A stretch of 64,000 bases of DNA from Acidimicrobiia bacterium (GCA_046331265.1 JAXLRE010000007.1:21092-85091), one strand, 5' to 3'. Positions 20,589 through 29,717 are shown, counted from the stretch's first letter. Notes: generated by a model not told the origin, from the sequence alone. A program made the numbers and translations.

Positions 20589-21692
20589 ATGACTTACACG
20601 CCAGATCTAAGTGAAAAGGCATTTCAACCCCGTTATGCACTTCCAGAAAGAGCCAAACCACCTGTTCTAGGTTTCATAACGGACTGCACGGATGATTTAG
20701 CCCTAACCAAAGTTGAACTCGCAAAAATTGACGCATTCGGCGATGGCTGGAAACTCTTACCAACGATTGGGATACCTAAGTTTCAAACAGATGTTTTAGG
20801 AGTTCAAGGTGCCGTGTTAGCACGATATCTTGGCGAATATTCTCAAAAAAACGAAGTTCAATGCGCATTGATACTTAATAGCGCACCGAGAGTTCAAGGT
20901 GAAGGACTCATCGGTGGTGAAATACTAGTTATTGAATTAGATAACGGGGTTCCTGTTTTATTAACCAATGGACCTGGCGTGCTCGAGCCTTTCGAAGGTC
21001 GGATTGCTAATGCGTGGAAAATTCATACTGATGTAATGGTCCAAAACGAGACATTACAACCGACCCAATTCCGATCATTTAAATGGTTCTCTGATTTACT
21101 ATCAAAGTTTTTATATGCGGATAAAGATCTTGTTCACACACCAATTGAAGATATAAATACCTATTTTGTTCCAAGAGAAAACGAAGGTCCTTTTATTTGG
21201 CATATAGATAATTTCGGTAACGCAAAACTCACGATTACTGAATCATATTTAGAAGAACATGGAATCGAAGAAGGCGATGAACTAGTTTTACAAATAGCAG
21301 GGAAACAAATTGTTGCAACTGCACGCCAAAAATTATTTCCTTTACCTGAAGATGCAGATAAATTCCATATTGGACATTATAAAGGTAGTGATCAAAACGG
21401 CGACCAACATTATTGGGAGCTTGCTATTGCTTGGGAATCGTTTGCTGCTTTCGTCGAGAACGAAGCGGTTTCTATTGACTCAGACTCGACGCCTACAAAG
21501 TTGATACCTGGCGCACATGTAGAAGTTCTTGGTATAAGAAAAAGTGTTGACCGTGAGGAAAGAGACTACGACGAGCCTAATGGCGTTGTAAGCGGGTTGA
21601 GTGTTGTAACGATCGCATCTCCAGCGCATAGACAACACGGCACAGAAAAATCCGATACGACAAGAGCGGCGCCAACTTTAGATGATTTATAA
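20589..21692 (+). CDS. Distant SAM hydroxide adenosyltransferase (DUF62 / chlorinase-fluorinase fold)-like protein with ~100-aa C-terminal extension
   Basis: LGFITDCTDD (compare LLTDFG), ALILNSAPRVQGEG (compare VVDPGVGS), FRSFKWFSDLL (compare FHGRDIFAPVA), and IWHIDNFGNAKLTI (compare IDRFGNLITNI). The ATG at 20589 with SD AAGGAG is preferred over the track's TTG at 20556, which lies inside the terminator T-tract. Confidence 0.4.
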   Translation: MTYTPDLSEKAFQPRYALPERAKPPVLGFITDCTDDLALTKVELAKIDAFGDGWKLLPTIGIPKFQTDVLGVQGAVLARYLGEYSQKNEVQCALILNSAPRVQGEGLIGGEILVIELDNGVPVLLTNGPGVLEPFEGRIANAWKIHTDVMVQNETLQPTQFRSFKWFSDLLSKFLYADKDLVHTPIEDINTYFVPRENEGPFIWHIDNFGNAKLTITESYLEEHGIEEGDELVLQIAGKQIVATARQKLFPLPEDADKFHIGHYKGSDQNGDQHYWELAIAWESFAAFVENEAVSIDSDSTPTKLIPGAHVEVLGIRKSVDREERDYDEPNGVVSGLSVVTIASPAHRQHGTEKSDTTRAAPTLDDL

Positions 21693-21729
21693 TTATCAAA
21701 CATGATTAATTAGTATTATCTCTAATCTT

Positions 21730-21803
<74 letters not shown>

Positions 21804-21833
21804 CAATTGCTTGCTCAGACAACACTCATAAAA

Positions 21834-21865
21834 AAGAGGGTTTAGCACTAAAGCCAAACCCTCTT
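21834..21865 (-). terminator. Stem-loop terminator shared by the convergent tRNA-Ala and DUF378 gene
   Basis: AAGAGGGTTT (21834..21843) pairs with AAACCCTCTT (21856..21865). On the minus strand the stem is followed by TTTTTAT. Confidence 0.6.
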
Positions 21866-21883
21866 AGGTTTAGTTATTGTGGA

Positions 21884-22093
21884 CTAGTGATGATGAATCA
21901 TGTCGTCTGTTAAATGATACAAACCTATGAGGCCTGCTACACCAAAAACAATGTAGACAATGCCTGTTCCGGTTGTGCCGGCACCAAGCACTTTCTCGAT
22001 AGGGTTGAAATCAAACACTTGGCTAAGACCTAAAGTAAGGCCACCAAGGACCAACAACAATGGAACAATTTTGTCCAATAACATTGCTTTCAT
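21884..22093 (-). CDS. DUF378-family small membrane protein (C-terminal HHH)
   Basis: 69 aa with two TM helices. The pattern LDKIVPLLLVLGGLTLGL...IVYIVFGVAGLIGL resembles DUF378 (compare ...ALVLVIIGAINWGL...IIYGLVGIAGLINL). Confidence 0.55.
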   Translation of the reverse strand: MKAMLLDKIVPLLLVLGGLTLGLSQVFDFNPIEKVLGAGTTGTGIVYIVFGVAGLIGLYHLTDDMIHHH

Positions 22094-22113
22094 TTAATCC
22101 TCCTTAGGATTAA
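22094..22113 (-). promoter_or_regulatory. SD-sequestering hairpin immediately 5' of the DUF378 start codon
   Basis: The minus-strand RNA reads UUAAUCCU-AAGG-AGGAUUAA-AUG. This is a perfect 8-bp stem that buries the AAGGAGG Shine-Dalgarno. Confidence 0.5.
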
Positions 22114-22282
22114 ACCTTCGAAAAGCATTTGCCTTTCGCAAGGTATGCTTAATTATCGACACAACATAAATCGTTTAGCAATATATTCTTTGTATTCTGC
22201 TTACAAGAAAAAGCAACAAAAACTTTTAAAAAGGTATATGGTAGAAACTCTATTTTTTCTGCTTGTTACTAGTCAGTTAGAT

Positions 22283-22648
22283 TTAGACAGCATCCTCATT
22301 TAGTTCATGCCAATCAATAGATTCTGCGTCTTTAAATAGTCTTTCGATCTTATAGAAATCTCGAGACTCATTTAAAAAGACATGAACTATTACATCACCA
22401 AAGTCAACACATACCCATTCGAGTTCTCTCTCGCCTTCAATACCTATAGGCTTAATTGAAAGCTTTCGGGTTTGGCGGATAAGAGAATCAACGATAGCTT
22501 TCACTTGCCTATCGCTAGACCCCGAACAAATAACAAAATATTGTGCGATATTTAAAATATCACCGACGTCTAAAATTTTAATATCAATAGCTTTCTTAGA
22601 ATCACAAGCTTGAGCGCAAATTTCACTTATCTCAAGAGGACTCATCAT
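22283..22648 (-). CDS. rsfS: Ribosomal silencing factor RsfS (iojap-like)
   Basis: 121 aa with IKILDVGDILNIAQYFVICSGSSDRQVKAI, and the nadD-rsfS gene pair. Confidence 0.9.
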   Translation of the reverse strand: MMSPLEISEICAQACDSKKAIDIKILDVGDILNIAQYFVICSGSSDRQVKAIVDSLIRQTRKLSIKPIGIEGERELEWVCVDFGDVIVHVFLNESRDFYKIERLFKDAESIDWHELNEDAV

Positions 22649-22686
22649 TTGTTTATTCGCCGAAATATTAACTCCTTAATTAATCA

Positions 22687-23208
22687 TTAATTATATAGCT
22701 TTTTCTCTATAATCTCAGCCTCTATCACTTTAGGGACTAAACCAGTAATGGACATATGCTGTTTTGCTAAATCTCTTATTTGAGTTGAAGATACAACAAA
22801 AGTATCTCTATTTACAACAAAAAGTTCACAATATTGCTCAATTAGCTGAGCGTCTTTCCACGTAGAAATATTGTCATAAGTATCTTGACCTAAAATCAAA
22901 ACTAAATCATCATTCTTATATTCATCCTTATATTGCTTTAAGGTTTCAATAGTATAGGTAGGTCCCGAGCGAACTATTTCTCTATCGTCGATAAAAACAT
23001 TATTTTCTGTTTCAAAAAACTCTTCAACAGAGTTTTTTACCCATTTAAGTCGAATAGATGCATCAGTAACCTCACCCTTTTGATATGGATCCCCAGCTAC
23101 AACAATGTGTAAAAAATCTAAATTAGCCTGCTCAAGGCAGTAACCCATTACATATATATGTCCAAAATGTATAGGGTCGAAAGTCCCACCAAAAATACCT
23201 CTACGCAT
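22687..23208 (-). CDS. nadD: Nicotinate-nucleotide adenylyltransferase
   Basis: N-terminal GGTFDPIHFGH (HxGH nucleotidyltransferase motif). The C-terminal ISSTQIR motif appears as VSSTQIR. Confidence 0.9.
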   Translation of the reverse strand: MRRGIFGGTFDPIHFGHIYVMGYCLEQANLDFLHIVVAGDPYQKGEVTDASIRLKWVKNSVEEFFETENNVFIDDREIVRSGPTYTIETLKQYKDEYKNDDLVLILGQDTYDNISTWKDAQLIEQYCELFVVNRDTFVVSSTQIRDLAKQHMSITGLVPKVIEAEIIEKKLYN

Positions 23209-23259
23209 TACATAAGTTTATAGGTATTTAGCCACATTGTATCTATACTTTATAAACTA

Positions 23260-24642
23260 ATGACCAATAATCGTGTTCTTGTCATATTTACTCGGGACCT
23301 CAGAGTTAATGATAATCCTGCGTTGTCTTACGCTGCATCAAATTTTGATGAAGTATTTCCATTATTTGTTATTGATGAAAAATATTTTGAGAACATAACG
23401 TATTCAAATAATAGAAGAGCATACTTATATGAATGTTTAAATGATCTAAAAAATACTCTTCAAAAACTGGGGTCTGATTTAATTATAAAAAAAGGTGATT
23501 GGCACAGTGAAGTAACTGATTTTGTAAATAAAAACAAAATAACTTATGTCACTTGGGCAAAAGATGTTAGCGAGATTAACCAAGTCAGAGACAAAGAACT
23601 ATCAGCTCATTTACGAAAAATGAAAATTGGCTTTCATCAAACTAACTCGCATTTCGCTGTAGCACCTGGCGTTATAACTCCACAAAATAAAAATAGCGAA
23701 TATAAAGTATTTACTCCTTACTACAACAAATGGAGAGAACAACCTTTCCATTCAATCGAATCAAAAATTACTTCATTGCCCAAACTTGAAAAATATTTTC
23801 CATCAAAAAATATAGGTGTAGTTCCAAAACTAACAAATGCGCAGAAAAAATCTTGTTCAGCAAATCGACAAATTGGTGGAGAGACTCTCATCAGGAAACA
23901 TTTAAACAAGTGGATAAAAAATGGTCTTGAAAAATATGATCTACTTCGGGATTTCCCCAGATACGAGAATTCAAACTTAAGTTCTGCATTACATTTTGGA
24001 ACTATTTCAGCAAATGAAATAGTTTTTAAATTAAAAAAGATGCCTAAATCTGATCCTTTTTTACGACAAATATGTTGGAGGGATTTTTATGGTCAAATTC
24101 TTTTCTTTAATCCACAAAGTTCATACAAGAATTACTTAGATAAAAAATATGGCTGGAACGACGACGAAGAAGCTTTTGACAAATGGTGTTACGGAAAAAC
24201 AGGTTATCCAATAGTAGATGCAGCTATGAAACAGTTGATGCATGAAGGCTATATGCATAACCGTTGCAGGATGATCGTTGCTTCATTCTTAACAAAAGAT
24301 TTATTTATCGATTGGCAAAAAGGTGCGTGGTGGTTTTCTCAATGGTTAACCGATGCAGATGCAGCTAACAACAGTTTGGGATGGCAATGGGTAGCCGGAA
24401 CAGGCACAGATACAAATCCACATCGAATATTTAACCCAATAAGACAAAGTGAAAGATTTGATGAACATGGAGAATACATAAAAAAGTATTTACCTGAACT
24501 CAAAGATGTTCCAGAAAAATATATTCATTTCCCATGTGAAATGAATCAAAGTTTATTCGAATCGACAGATTCTTTGGACTATCCCCTACCAATGATTGAC
24601 CATAAAATTGCTATTGAGTTTTATAAGCAACAAATTAGTTAA
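23260..24642 (+). CDS. phr: Deoxyribodipyrimidine photolyase / cryptochrome family flavoprotein
   Basis: FAD-binding region TGYPIVDAAMKQL...GYMHNRCRMIVASFLTKDL...WQWVAGTGTDTNPHRIFNP...DEHGEYIKKYLPEL. Confidence 0.9.
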   Translation: MTNNRVLVIFTRDLRVNDNPALSYAASNFDEVFPLFVIDEKYFENITYSNNRRAYLYECLNDLKNTLQKLGSDLIIKKGDWHSEVTDFVNKNKITYVTWAKDVSEINQVRDKELSAHLRKMKIGFHQTNSHFAVAPGVITPQNKNSEYKVFTPYYNKWREQPFHSIESKITSLPKLEKYFPSKNIGVVPKLTNAQKKSCSANRQIGGETLIRKHLNKWIKNGLEKYDLLRDFPRYENSNLSSALHFGTISANEIVFKLKKMPKSDPFLRQICWRDFYGQILFFNPQSSYKNYLDKKYGWNDDEEAFDKWCYGKTGYPIVDAAMKQLMHEGYMHNRCRMIVASFLTKDLFIDWQKGAWWFSQWLTDADAANNSLGWQWVAGTGTDTNPHRIFNPIRQSERFDEHGEYIKKYLPELKDVPEKYIHFPCEMNQSLFESTDSLDYPLPMIDHKIAIEFYKQQIS

Positions 24643-25879
24643 CTGTTGCTCCACTTGAAGTCACTCGATATTGATATGTCGTTAACTCCCTCAATGCCAT
24701 AGGTCCTCTCGCATGTAAACGTTGAGTTGATATACCAATTTCTGCACCGAACCCAAATCGTTCTCCATCAGTAAATCTTGTGGAAGTATTGTGCATAACA
24801 ACAGCAGACAGAATTCCATTTACAAATTTATTTTTAGATTCAGGATTATCTGTGATAATTGATTCTGTATGACCAGAAGAATACTTATTAATCCACTTAA
24901 TTGCATCGTCAAGAGAATCTACAACTGCTATTGATATCTTTTTATCTAAATATTCACAGCCAAAATCTTCTTCATTCGCCTCTGGAACAGAGCTATCAAT
25001 ATCTATAACGTTTTTGTCACCAACAATATCGACATCTTTATTCTTAAGTGCTTTAATGATTCTTGGTACAAATTCTCTAGCAACGCTAGTGTGAACAACT
25101 AAAGATTCTGCTGCATTACAAACCGAAGTTCTCTGAGTTTTTGAATTGACAACAAGTTTTTCTGCCATGTCTAAATCTGCATCTTTATCAACATATACGT
25201 GACAATTTCCAGAACCATCAATAATTGTTGGAACTTTGGCATTTTCTTGCACTGATTCAATCAGGGAACTACCCCCTCTTGGAATCAGCACATCAATATA
25301 GTCTCGTGCCTGCATAACTTTTAGTGCACCTTCTCGCGATTCATCTTCTACAAAAGTTACAAGTGATTCTGGAAGTTCTGTTTTTCGCAATGCAGTGTGT
25401 ATACATTCAACAATTGTCCTATTTGTATTAAGTGCTGAAGATGATCCTCTAAGAACGCAAACATTTGAACTCTTTAAGCAAATACACGCCGAATCTAATG
25501 TCACATTTGGTCGATTTTCATATATAACTGCTACTACACCGATTGGTACAGAAATTTTTTCGATTGTTATCCCTGAATCTCTAACAATTGTTTCTAATAC
25601 TGCACCGACTGGCTCGGATAAAGAGGCGACGTTTCTTGCACTTTCAATCATTGCATCAATTCGAGCCTGATTTAATATAAGCCGATCAATTTGTGATTCG
25701 TTTAAGCCATTTGATTTTGCGTTTTCAACTTCAACAGCATTTACTTCAAGTATTCGATCTTTGTTATTATAAATTTCATCAGCGATCAAATTTAATAAAG
25801 TATTTTTTGTTTCTTCAGTTAGACTACGTGCAATAATTTCAGATTCTTTTGCATTTTTTAATTGATCGACTACAGACAT
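24635..25879 (-). CDS. proA: Gamma-glutamyl phosphate reductase
   Basis: Aldehyde-dehydrogenase fold with catalytic Cys context TSVCNAAESLVVH. 414 aa. Its 3' end overlaps the convergent phr 3' end by 8 nt. Confidence 0.9.
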   Translation of the reverse strand: MSVVDQLKNAKESEIIARSLTEETKNTLLNLIADEIYNNKDRILEVNAVEVENAKSNGLNESQIDRLILNQARIDAMIESARNVASLSEPVGAVLETIVRDSGITIEKISVPIGVVAVIYENRPNVTLDSACICLKSSNVCVLRGSSSALNTNRTIVECIHTALRKTELPESLVTFVEDESREGALKVMQARDYIDVLIPRGGSSLIESVQENAKVPTIIDGSGNCHVYVDKDADLDMAEKLVVNSKTQRTSVCNAAESLVVHTSVAREFVPRIIKALKNKDVDIVGDKNVIDIDSSVPEANEEDFGCEYLDKKISIAVVDSLDDAIKWINKYSSGHTESIITDNPESKNKFVNGILSAVVMHNTSTRFTDGERFGFGAEIGISTQRLHARGPMALRELTTYQYRVTSSGATVN

Positions 25880-25919
25880 GCATAATATCTTTACATATCT
25901 GAGTTAAATTTAAAAATAT

Positions 25920-26471
25920 TTAATGCTTAACAGTTTGTGGTGTTTCTGAAACTGATATTTTTGCTCTTGAAGCTTTGTCTTCACCCTGCATAGAGCCAAC
26001 GGCACGAGATACCAGCTCAGCAGCTGTTTCACAGTGGTCCCAAACTGCTATTCCCGCGGCTAAAGAGGCCGTAGGAGGCAAAGACTCTTGCAGTCTTTCT
26101 ACAGCTTCATAACCTTCGTCTAAACCTGATTCAGGAAACAGGACAAAGAATTCCCCGTCTTCATTTCTTGCGATTAGATCTGAGCCTCTTACCGCTAGAG
26201 CAAAATCTTTTTCTATTTTTGCATATGCTTGTGGATCAGATTTTTTTTCAGAAGTATTAATAGTCATAACCGCTATACATACATCACGTGCATCACGATG
26301 TGATCGAACGATCTCTCTTTGTAAAGATGAATTCCATTCACGTAAACCTGTAAATGTTGAGTCAACAGCTTGAGCAGCAACACGGTCATTACTTTTCCTT
26401 AAGTAGTATGCAATTCCTGCAGCAAGTGCAGCAATAGACGAAACAAAAAGGACAGACTTAAATTTCTTCAT
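25920..26471 (-). CDS. Membrane-anchored degenerate GGDEF-like domain protein (EDGEF in place of GGDEF, RxxD I-site retained)
   Basis: One TM helix, then DSTFTGLREWN (compare D.LTGL.NRR) ... RGSD-LIARN-EDGEF-FVLFPESGLDEGYEAVERLQESL ... AAGIAVW. The FKxxND/GH/GD block is not recognisable. The ATG at 26471 (SD AGGAG 5 nt upstream) is preferred over the TTG at 26486. Confidence 0.5.
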   Translation of the reverse strand: MKKFKSVLFVSSIAALAAGIAYYLRKSNDRVAAQAVDSTFTGLREWNSSLQREIVRSHRDARDVCIAVMTINTSEKKSDPQAYAKIEKDFALAVRGSDLIARNEDGEFFVLFPESGLDEGYEAVERLQESLPPTASLAAGIAVWDHCETAAELVSRAVGSMQGEDKASRAKISVSETPQTVKH

Positions 26472-26593
26472 AACATCTCCTAACAAAACTATTATCGCCT
26501 AAAAAAACTAGCTACGTAAAGGAAAATGTTAAATATTCTTAAAAGTCTAAATCAATCCAGCGAATTTAATGCACTGACGCGAAATGATGACTC

Positions 26594-26842
26594 TTAGTCC
26601 ATACTTTCGCCAGCTAATTCAGCTTCTTTGAGCAACTTAATTATTGCATCGCTAGGATATCGACGGTGACCACCTGGAGTTCTAACTGAAGGAATTCGTC
26701 CTCTACGTGCCCATTCAGCAACTGTTCTTTCTGAGACCTGAAACAATAATGCAATGTCACTTGTACGAAGTAAACGTTTAACAGCTGAAGGTGAAGAAGA
26801 AGTTAGATCTTTTAATAAAGTAGTGCGATCATATTTTGGCAT
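26594..26842 (-). CDS. BldC-like small MerR/excisionase-family HTH DNA-binding protein
   Basis: 82 aa. TSDIALLFQVSERTVAEWARRGRIPSVRTPGGHRRYPSDAI matches the BldC/HTH_17 pattern (...V..WA..G.L...RT.GGHRRY). Confidence 0.65.
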   Translation of the reverse strand: MPKYDRTTLLKDLTSSSPSAVKRLLRTSDIALLFQVSERTVAEWARRGRIPSVRTPGGHRRYPSDAIIKLLKEAELAGESMD

Positions 26843-26935
26843 TTAGAACTCCTGAAAAAATTCGATAAAGAATCCTGCCTCACTTCTGAGGCAATTGCAA
26901 GCATTTAAGAAAAAACTTCTCTAGGTCTGGTGAAA

Positions 26936-27856
26936 TTAATTTCTGAAATCTTGCACATAGCGTTCAACCGAGAAAAATGGGTTATCTCTCGGAGCGCTTT
27001 GTTCTTGAACAATTTTACCTGCTGTATATATTGACATATTATTTTCATCTCGGACTTTGAAACGCGTGCACTTAGTTCTTCCTTCAACAATGTCTACCAA
27101 AGATGCAGCGTTGTCGATATGCGAGATCGAAGTTTGTATGCCGCTGTATCGACAAAGATCGCCAATAAAAAGTTTTGAATTAACGCCACCTGATCCTGCA
27201 GCGCTTTTTTCTTGCGAATCATCGAACATTTCAGGAGTTAGTCCATCAATGACTTCAAGCAAATAAGCGTTAGGATCTCGATTAGGGTTAGCAGACATAA
27301 TTCCGTCTTGAACGGTAAATATAGATAGGTACTGGGCATCACATAAGATTCCAATTAATCCAGCAATAATGTCATTATCCCCAAAGCGCATTTCTGCATA
27401 CGAAGTAAAGTCATTTTCATTTATGATTGGAACAACTCCAAGAGATAATAAATCTAAAAGAGTTTCTTTCATATGTTTATTTACGACTTCATGTTGAAAG
27501 TCAGTTTGAGAAGGAAGTCCTTGAGCAATGTGTATTTTTAATTTAGAGAATTCTTTTTCATAAACTGCCATCAATTGAGATTGACCTATAGCTGCGAGCG
27601 AGCTTAATCTTATCGCTTCACCGATCCCAGGTCTTTTCGTAAAATTTTCTACATACATCCCACTTGCAACAGCACCTGATGTCACTAATATAACTTGATA
27701 TCCATGTTCTCTAGCATTAGAGATACCCTTTGCGATCCTCGCAATTTTTTCTTGATCTACACATTGAGTCGAATCTTCTAAAGTTGTTGTAATGGCATTA
27801 GATCCGACTTTAGCTATAACAATAGGTTGTGATCGGTTTGCGACAGTATCGCTCAT
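26936..27856 (-). CDS. proB: Glutamate 5-kinase (no PUA domain)
   Basis: AA-kinase motifs KVGSNAIT and VILVTSGAVASG. 306 aa. Directly downstream of obg. Confidence 0.85.
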   Translation of the reverse strand: MSDTVANRSQPIVIAKVGSNAITTTLEDSTQCVDQEKIARIAKGISNAREHGYQVILVTSGAVASGMYVENFTKRPGIGEAIRLSSLAAIGQSQLMAVYEKEFSKLKIHIAQGLPSQTDFQHEVVNKHMKETLLDLLSLGVVPIINENDFTSYAEMRFGDNDIIAGLIGILCDAQYLSIFTVQDGIMSANPNRDPNAYLLEVIDGLTPEMFDDSQEKSAAGSGGVNSKLFIGDLCRYSGIQTSISHIDNAASLVDIVEGRTKCTRFKVRDENNMSIYTAGKIVQEQSAPRDNPFFSVERYVQDFRN

Positions 27857-27861
27857 TCTCG

Positions 27862-29097
27862 TTAAAATCCTTCGTCTTTATATTCAAATTCCAGCTCACC
27901 GATATGCACAATATCACCGTCTAATATTCCAAATTTTTTCATAGCTTTTTCTACACCCATGCGATTCATTTTTTGATGAACATAATCTAAAGCATCTTCA
28001 TTGGTTATATCGGTCATTGCTACAACTCGCTCTATTGTTTTTCCTGATATGCGATAAGATCCATCATCTTCCCGCGAAATTGAGAATCCACTAGGAGCGG
28101 GCATATGAACGATATAGCTTTCACTTTGTTCATTTTCAGCTTTAGCTTTATTGACCATTGAACCTAATTGTCCAACAAATTCATCTAGTCCAGTTCTGGT
28201 CACCGCGGATATTTTTATGCCATCAAAGTCTTGAGTGGCAACATCAGCTTTTGAACCAACAACCATTCGTGGTCTTTCTAAAAGTTCTGGATTGTATTGG
28301 CCTAGTTCATAGATAAGTTTCTCTTCTTGTTCTTTCGGAGAAATATCATCACTAGGAGCTAAGTCAACCAAAATTACTAAAACCATCGCTCGTTCAATAT
28401 GCTTTAGAAACTGAAAACCTAAACCTTTGCCTTGGCTAGCACCTTCAATTAGCCCAGGTATATCAGCTAAAACAAATTCATGTTCATCAAGTCTAACAAC
28501 ACCTAAGTTTGGCACCAATGTAGTAAATGGGTAGTCTGCAATTTTTGCTTTAACAGAACTTATTGATGATATTAAAGTCGATTTACCTGCATTCGGAAAA
28601 CCAACCAATGCAGCATCAGCCATTAATCTAACTTCTAATGAAATCCAGAATTCTTCGCCTGGTTCACCTTTCTCGGCAAAAGATGGTGCACGCCTTTGAT
28701 TAGATAAAAATCGGGCATTTCCCCTACCTGATCTACCCCCAAGAGCTACTAAAACTTTATCTCCATCGTTTACCAGGTCAGCAATAATCTCACCGTCTTT
28801 ATATGAAACAATAGTTCCTTCAGGTACACGTACAACTTTGTCTTCACCTTTTTTACCGTGCATTTTTTTGCCAGCACCATGGGTACCATTCGAAGCTTTA
28901 ATATGCGGGTGATCACGGTATGCGTAAAGGCTTACGATATTGCGGTCGGCCTGGATCCAGATGCTGCCGCCTTTCCCGCCGTCACCACCATCAGGTCCTC
29001 CTTGAGGGACATGAGCTTCACGACGAAAAGACATTGCTCCATTACCACCGGAGCCTGCTTTGACATTTATATATACACTGTCAACAAATTCACTCAT
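27862..29097 (-). CDS. obg: GTPase Obg/CgtA
   Basis: Glycine-rich Obg fold (GGNGAMSFRRE...GGDGGKGG), G1 GFPNAGKST, DIPGLIEGA, and a C-terminal OCT-like domain. Confidence 0.95.
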   Translation of the reverse strand: MSEFVDSVYINVKAGSGGNGAMSFRREAHVPQGGPDGGDGGKGGSIWIQADRNIVSLYAYRDHPHIKASNGTHGAGKKMHGKKGEDKVVRVPEGTIVSYKDGEIIADLVNDGDKVLVALGGRSGRGNARFLSNQRRAPSFAEKGEPGEEFWISLEVRLMADAALVGFPNAGKSTLISSISSVKAKIADYPFTTLVPNLGVVRLDEHEFVLADIPGLIEGASQGKGLGFQFLKHIERAMVLVILVDLAPSDDISPKEQEEKLIYELGQYNPELLERPRMVVGSKADVATQDFDGIKISAVTRTGLDEFVGQLGSMVNKAKAENEQSESYIVHMPAPSGFSISREDDGSYRISGKTIERVVAMTDITNEDALDYVHQKMNRMGVEKAMKKFGILDGDIVHIGELEFEYKDEGF

Positions 29098-29150
29098 ATT
29101 TACCTCAGGTCAGTGTAAATATGTTTTTAAATTCAAAAAAAGAAATTAAA

Positions 29151-29408
29151 TTAACCTTCAACTGGTACTACGTCTACAGTTTTTTTGTCTTTACGTTCTG
29201 TAAATTGAACTAAACCTTCTTTAAGAGCAAAGAGGGTATCGTCTTTACCAATACCTACGTTACGGCCTGGATGAAACTTAGTTCCACGTTGTCTAACAAT
29301 AATTGCTCCTGGAACAGCAAGCATGCCGCCAAAAAGTTTTACACCTAGTCGCTGTGCATTTGAATCGCGACCATTCTTAACGGAACCTGCACCTTTTTTC
29401 TTTGACAT
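29151..29408 (-). CDS. rpmA: 50S ribosomal protein L27
   Basis: [23 protein letters not shown]...[13 protein letters not shown]. Confidence 0.95.
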   Translation of the reverse strand: MSKKKGAGSVKNGRDSNAQRLGVKLFGGMLAVPGAIIVRQRGTKFHPGRNVGIGKDDTLFALKEGLVQFTERKDKKTVDVVPVEG

Positions 29409-29417
29409 TATTTTTCC

Positions 29418-29717
29418 TTACAAAGCGATCTTATCGATAGAAATTACATGGTACTTTTGTCGGTGACCATATCGTTTCCTGTTGTTGGATTTATTTTTAT
29501 ATGTAAATCCATCAATTTTTTTACCTTTTGTATCACCGACAATAGAAACAGAAACTGTAGCTTTCGCTAAGTCAGCCTTACTAGAGATTACGTTGTCTCC
29601 GTCAACAATCATTATTGGTTTTACAGTTGGATTTTCTTCATCCAAAAGCTCAACAGTAATACTGTCACCTGTCTCTACTTTATATTGTTTCGAACCATCA
29701 GAAACGATTGCATACAT
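29418..29717 (-). CDS. rplU: 50S ribosomal protein L21
   Basis: MYAIVSDGSKQYKV..., 99 aa, and the rplU-rpmA-obg operon order. Confidence 0.95.
   Translation of the reverse strand: MYAIVSDGSKQYKVETGDSITVELLDEENPTVKPIMIVDGDNVISSKADLAKATVSVSIVGDTKGKKIDGFTYKNKSNNRKRYGHRQKYHVISIDKIAL

Noticed and set aside
26905-27090. A 61-aa minus-strand ORF overlapping the 3' end of proB.
   Set aside because: It is out of frame within proB, with no SD or motif. It is most likely spurious.
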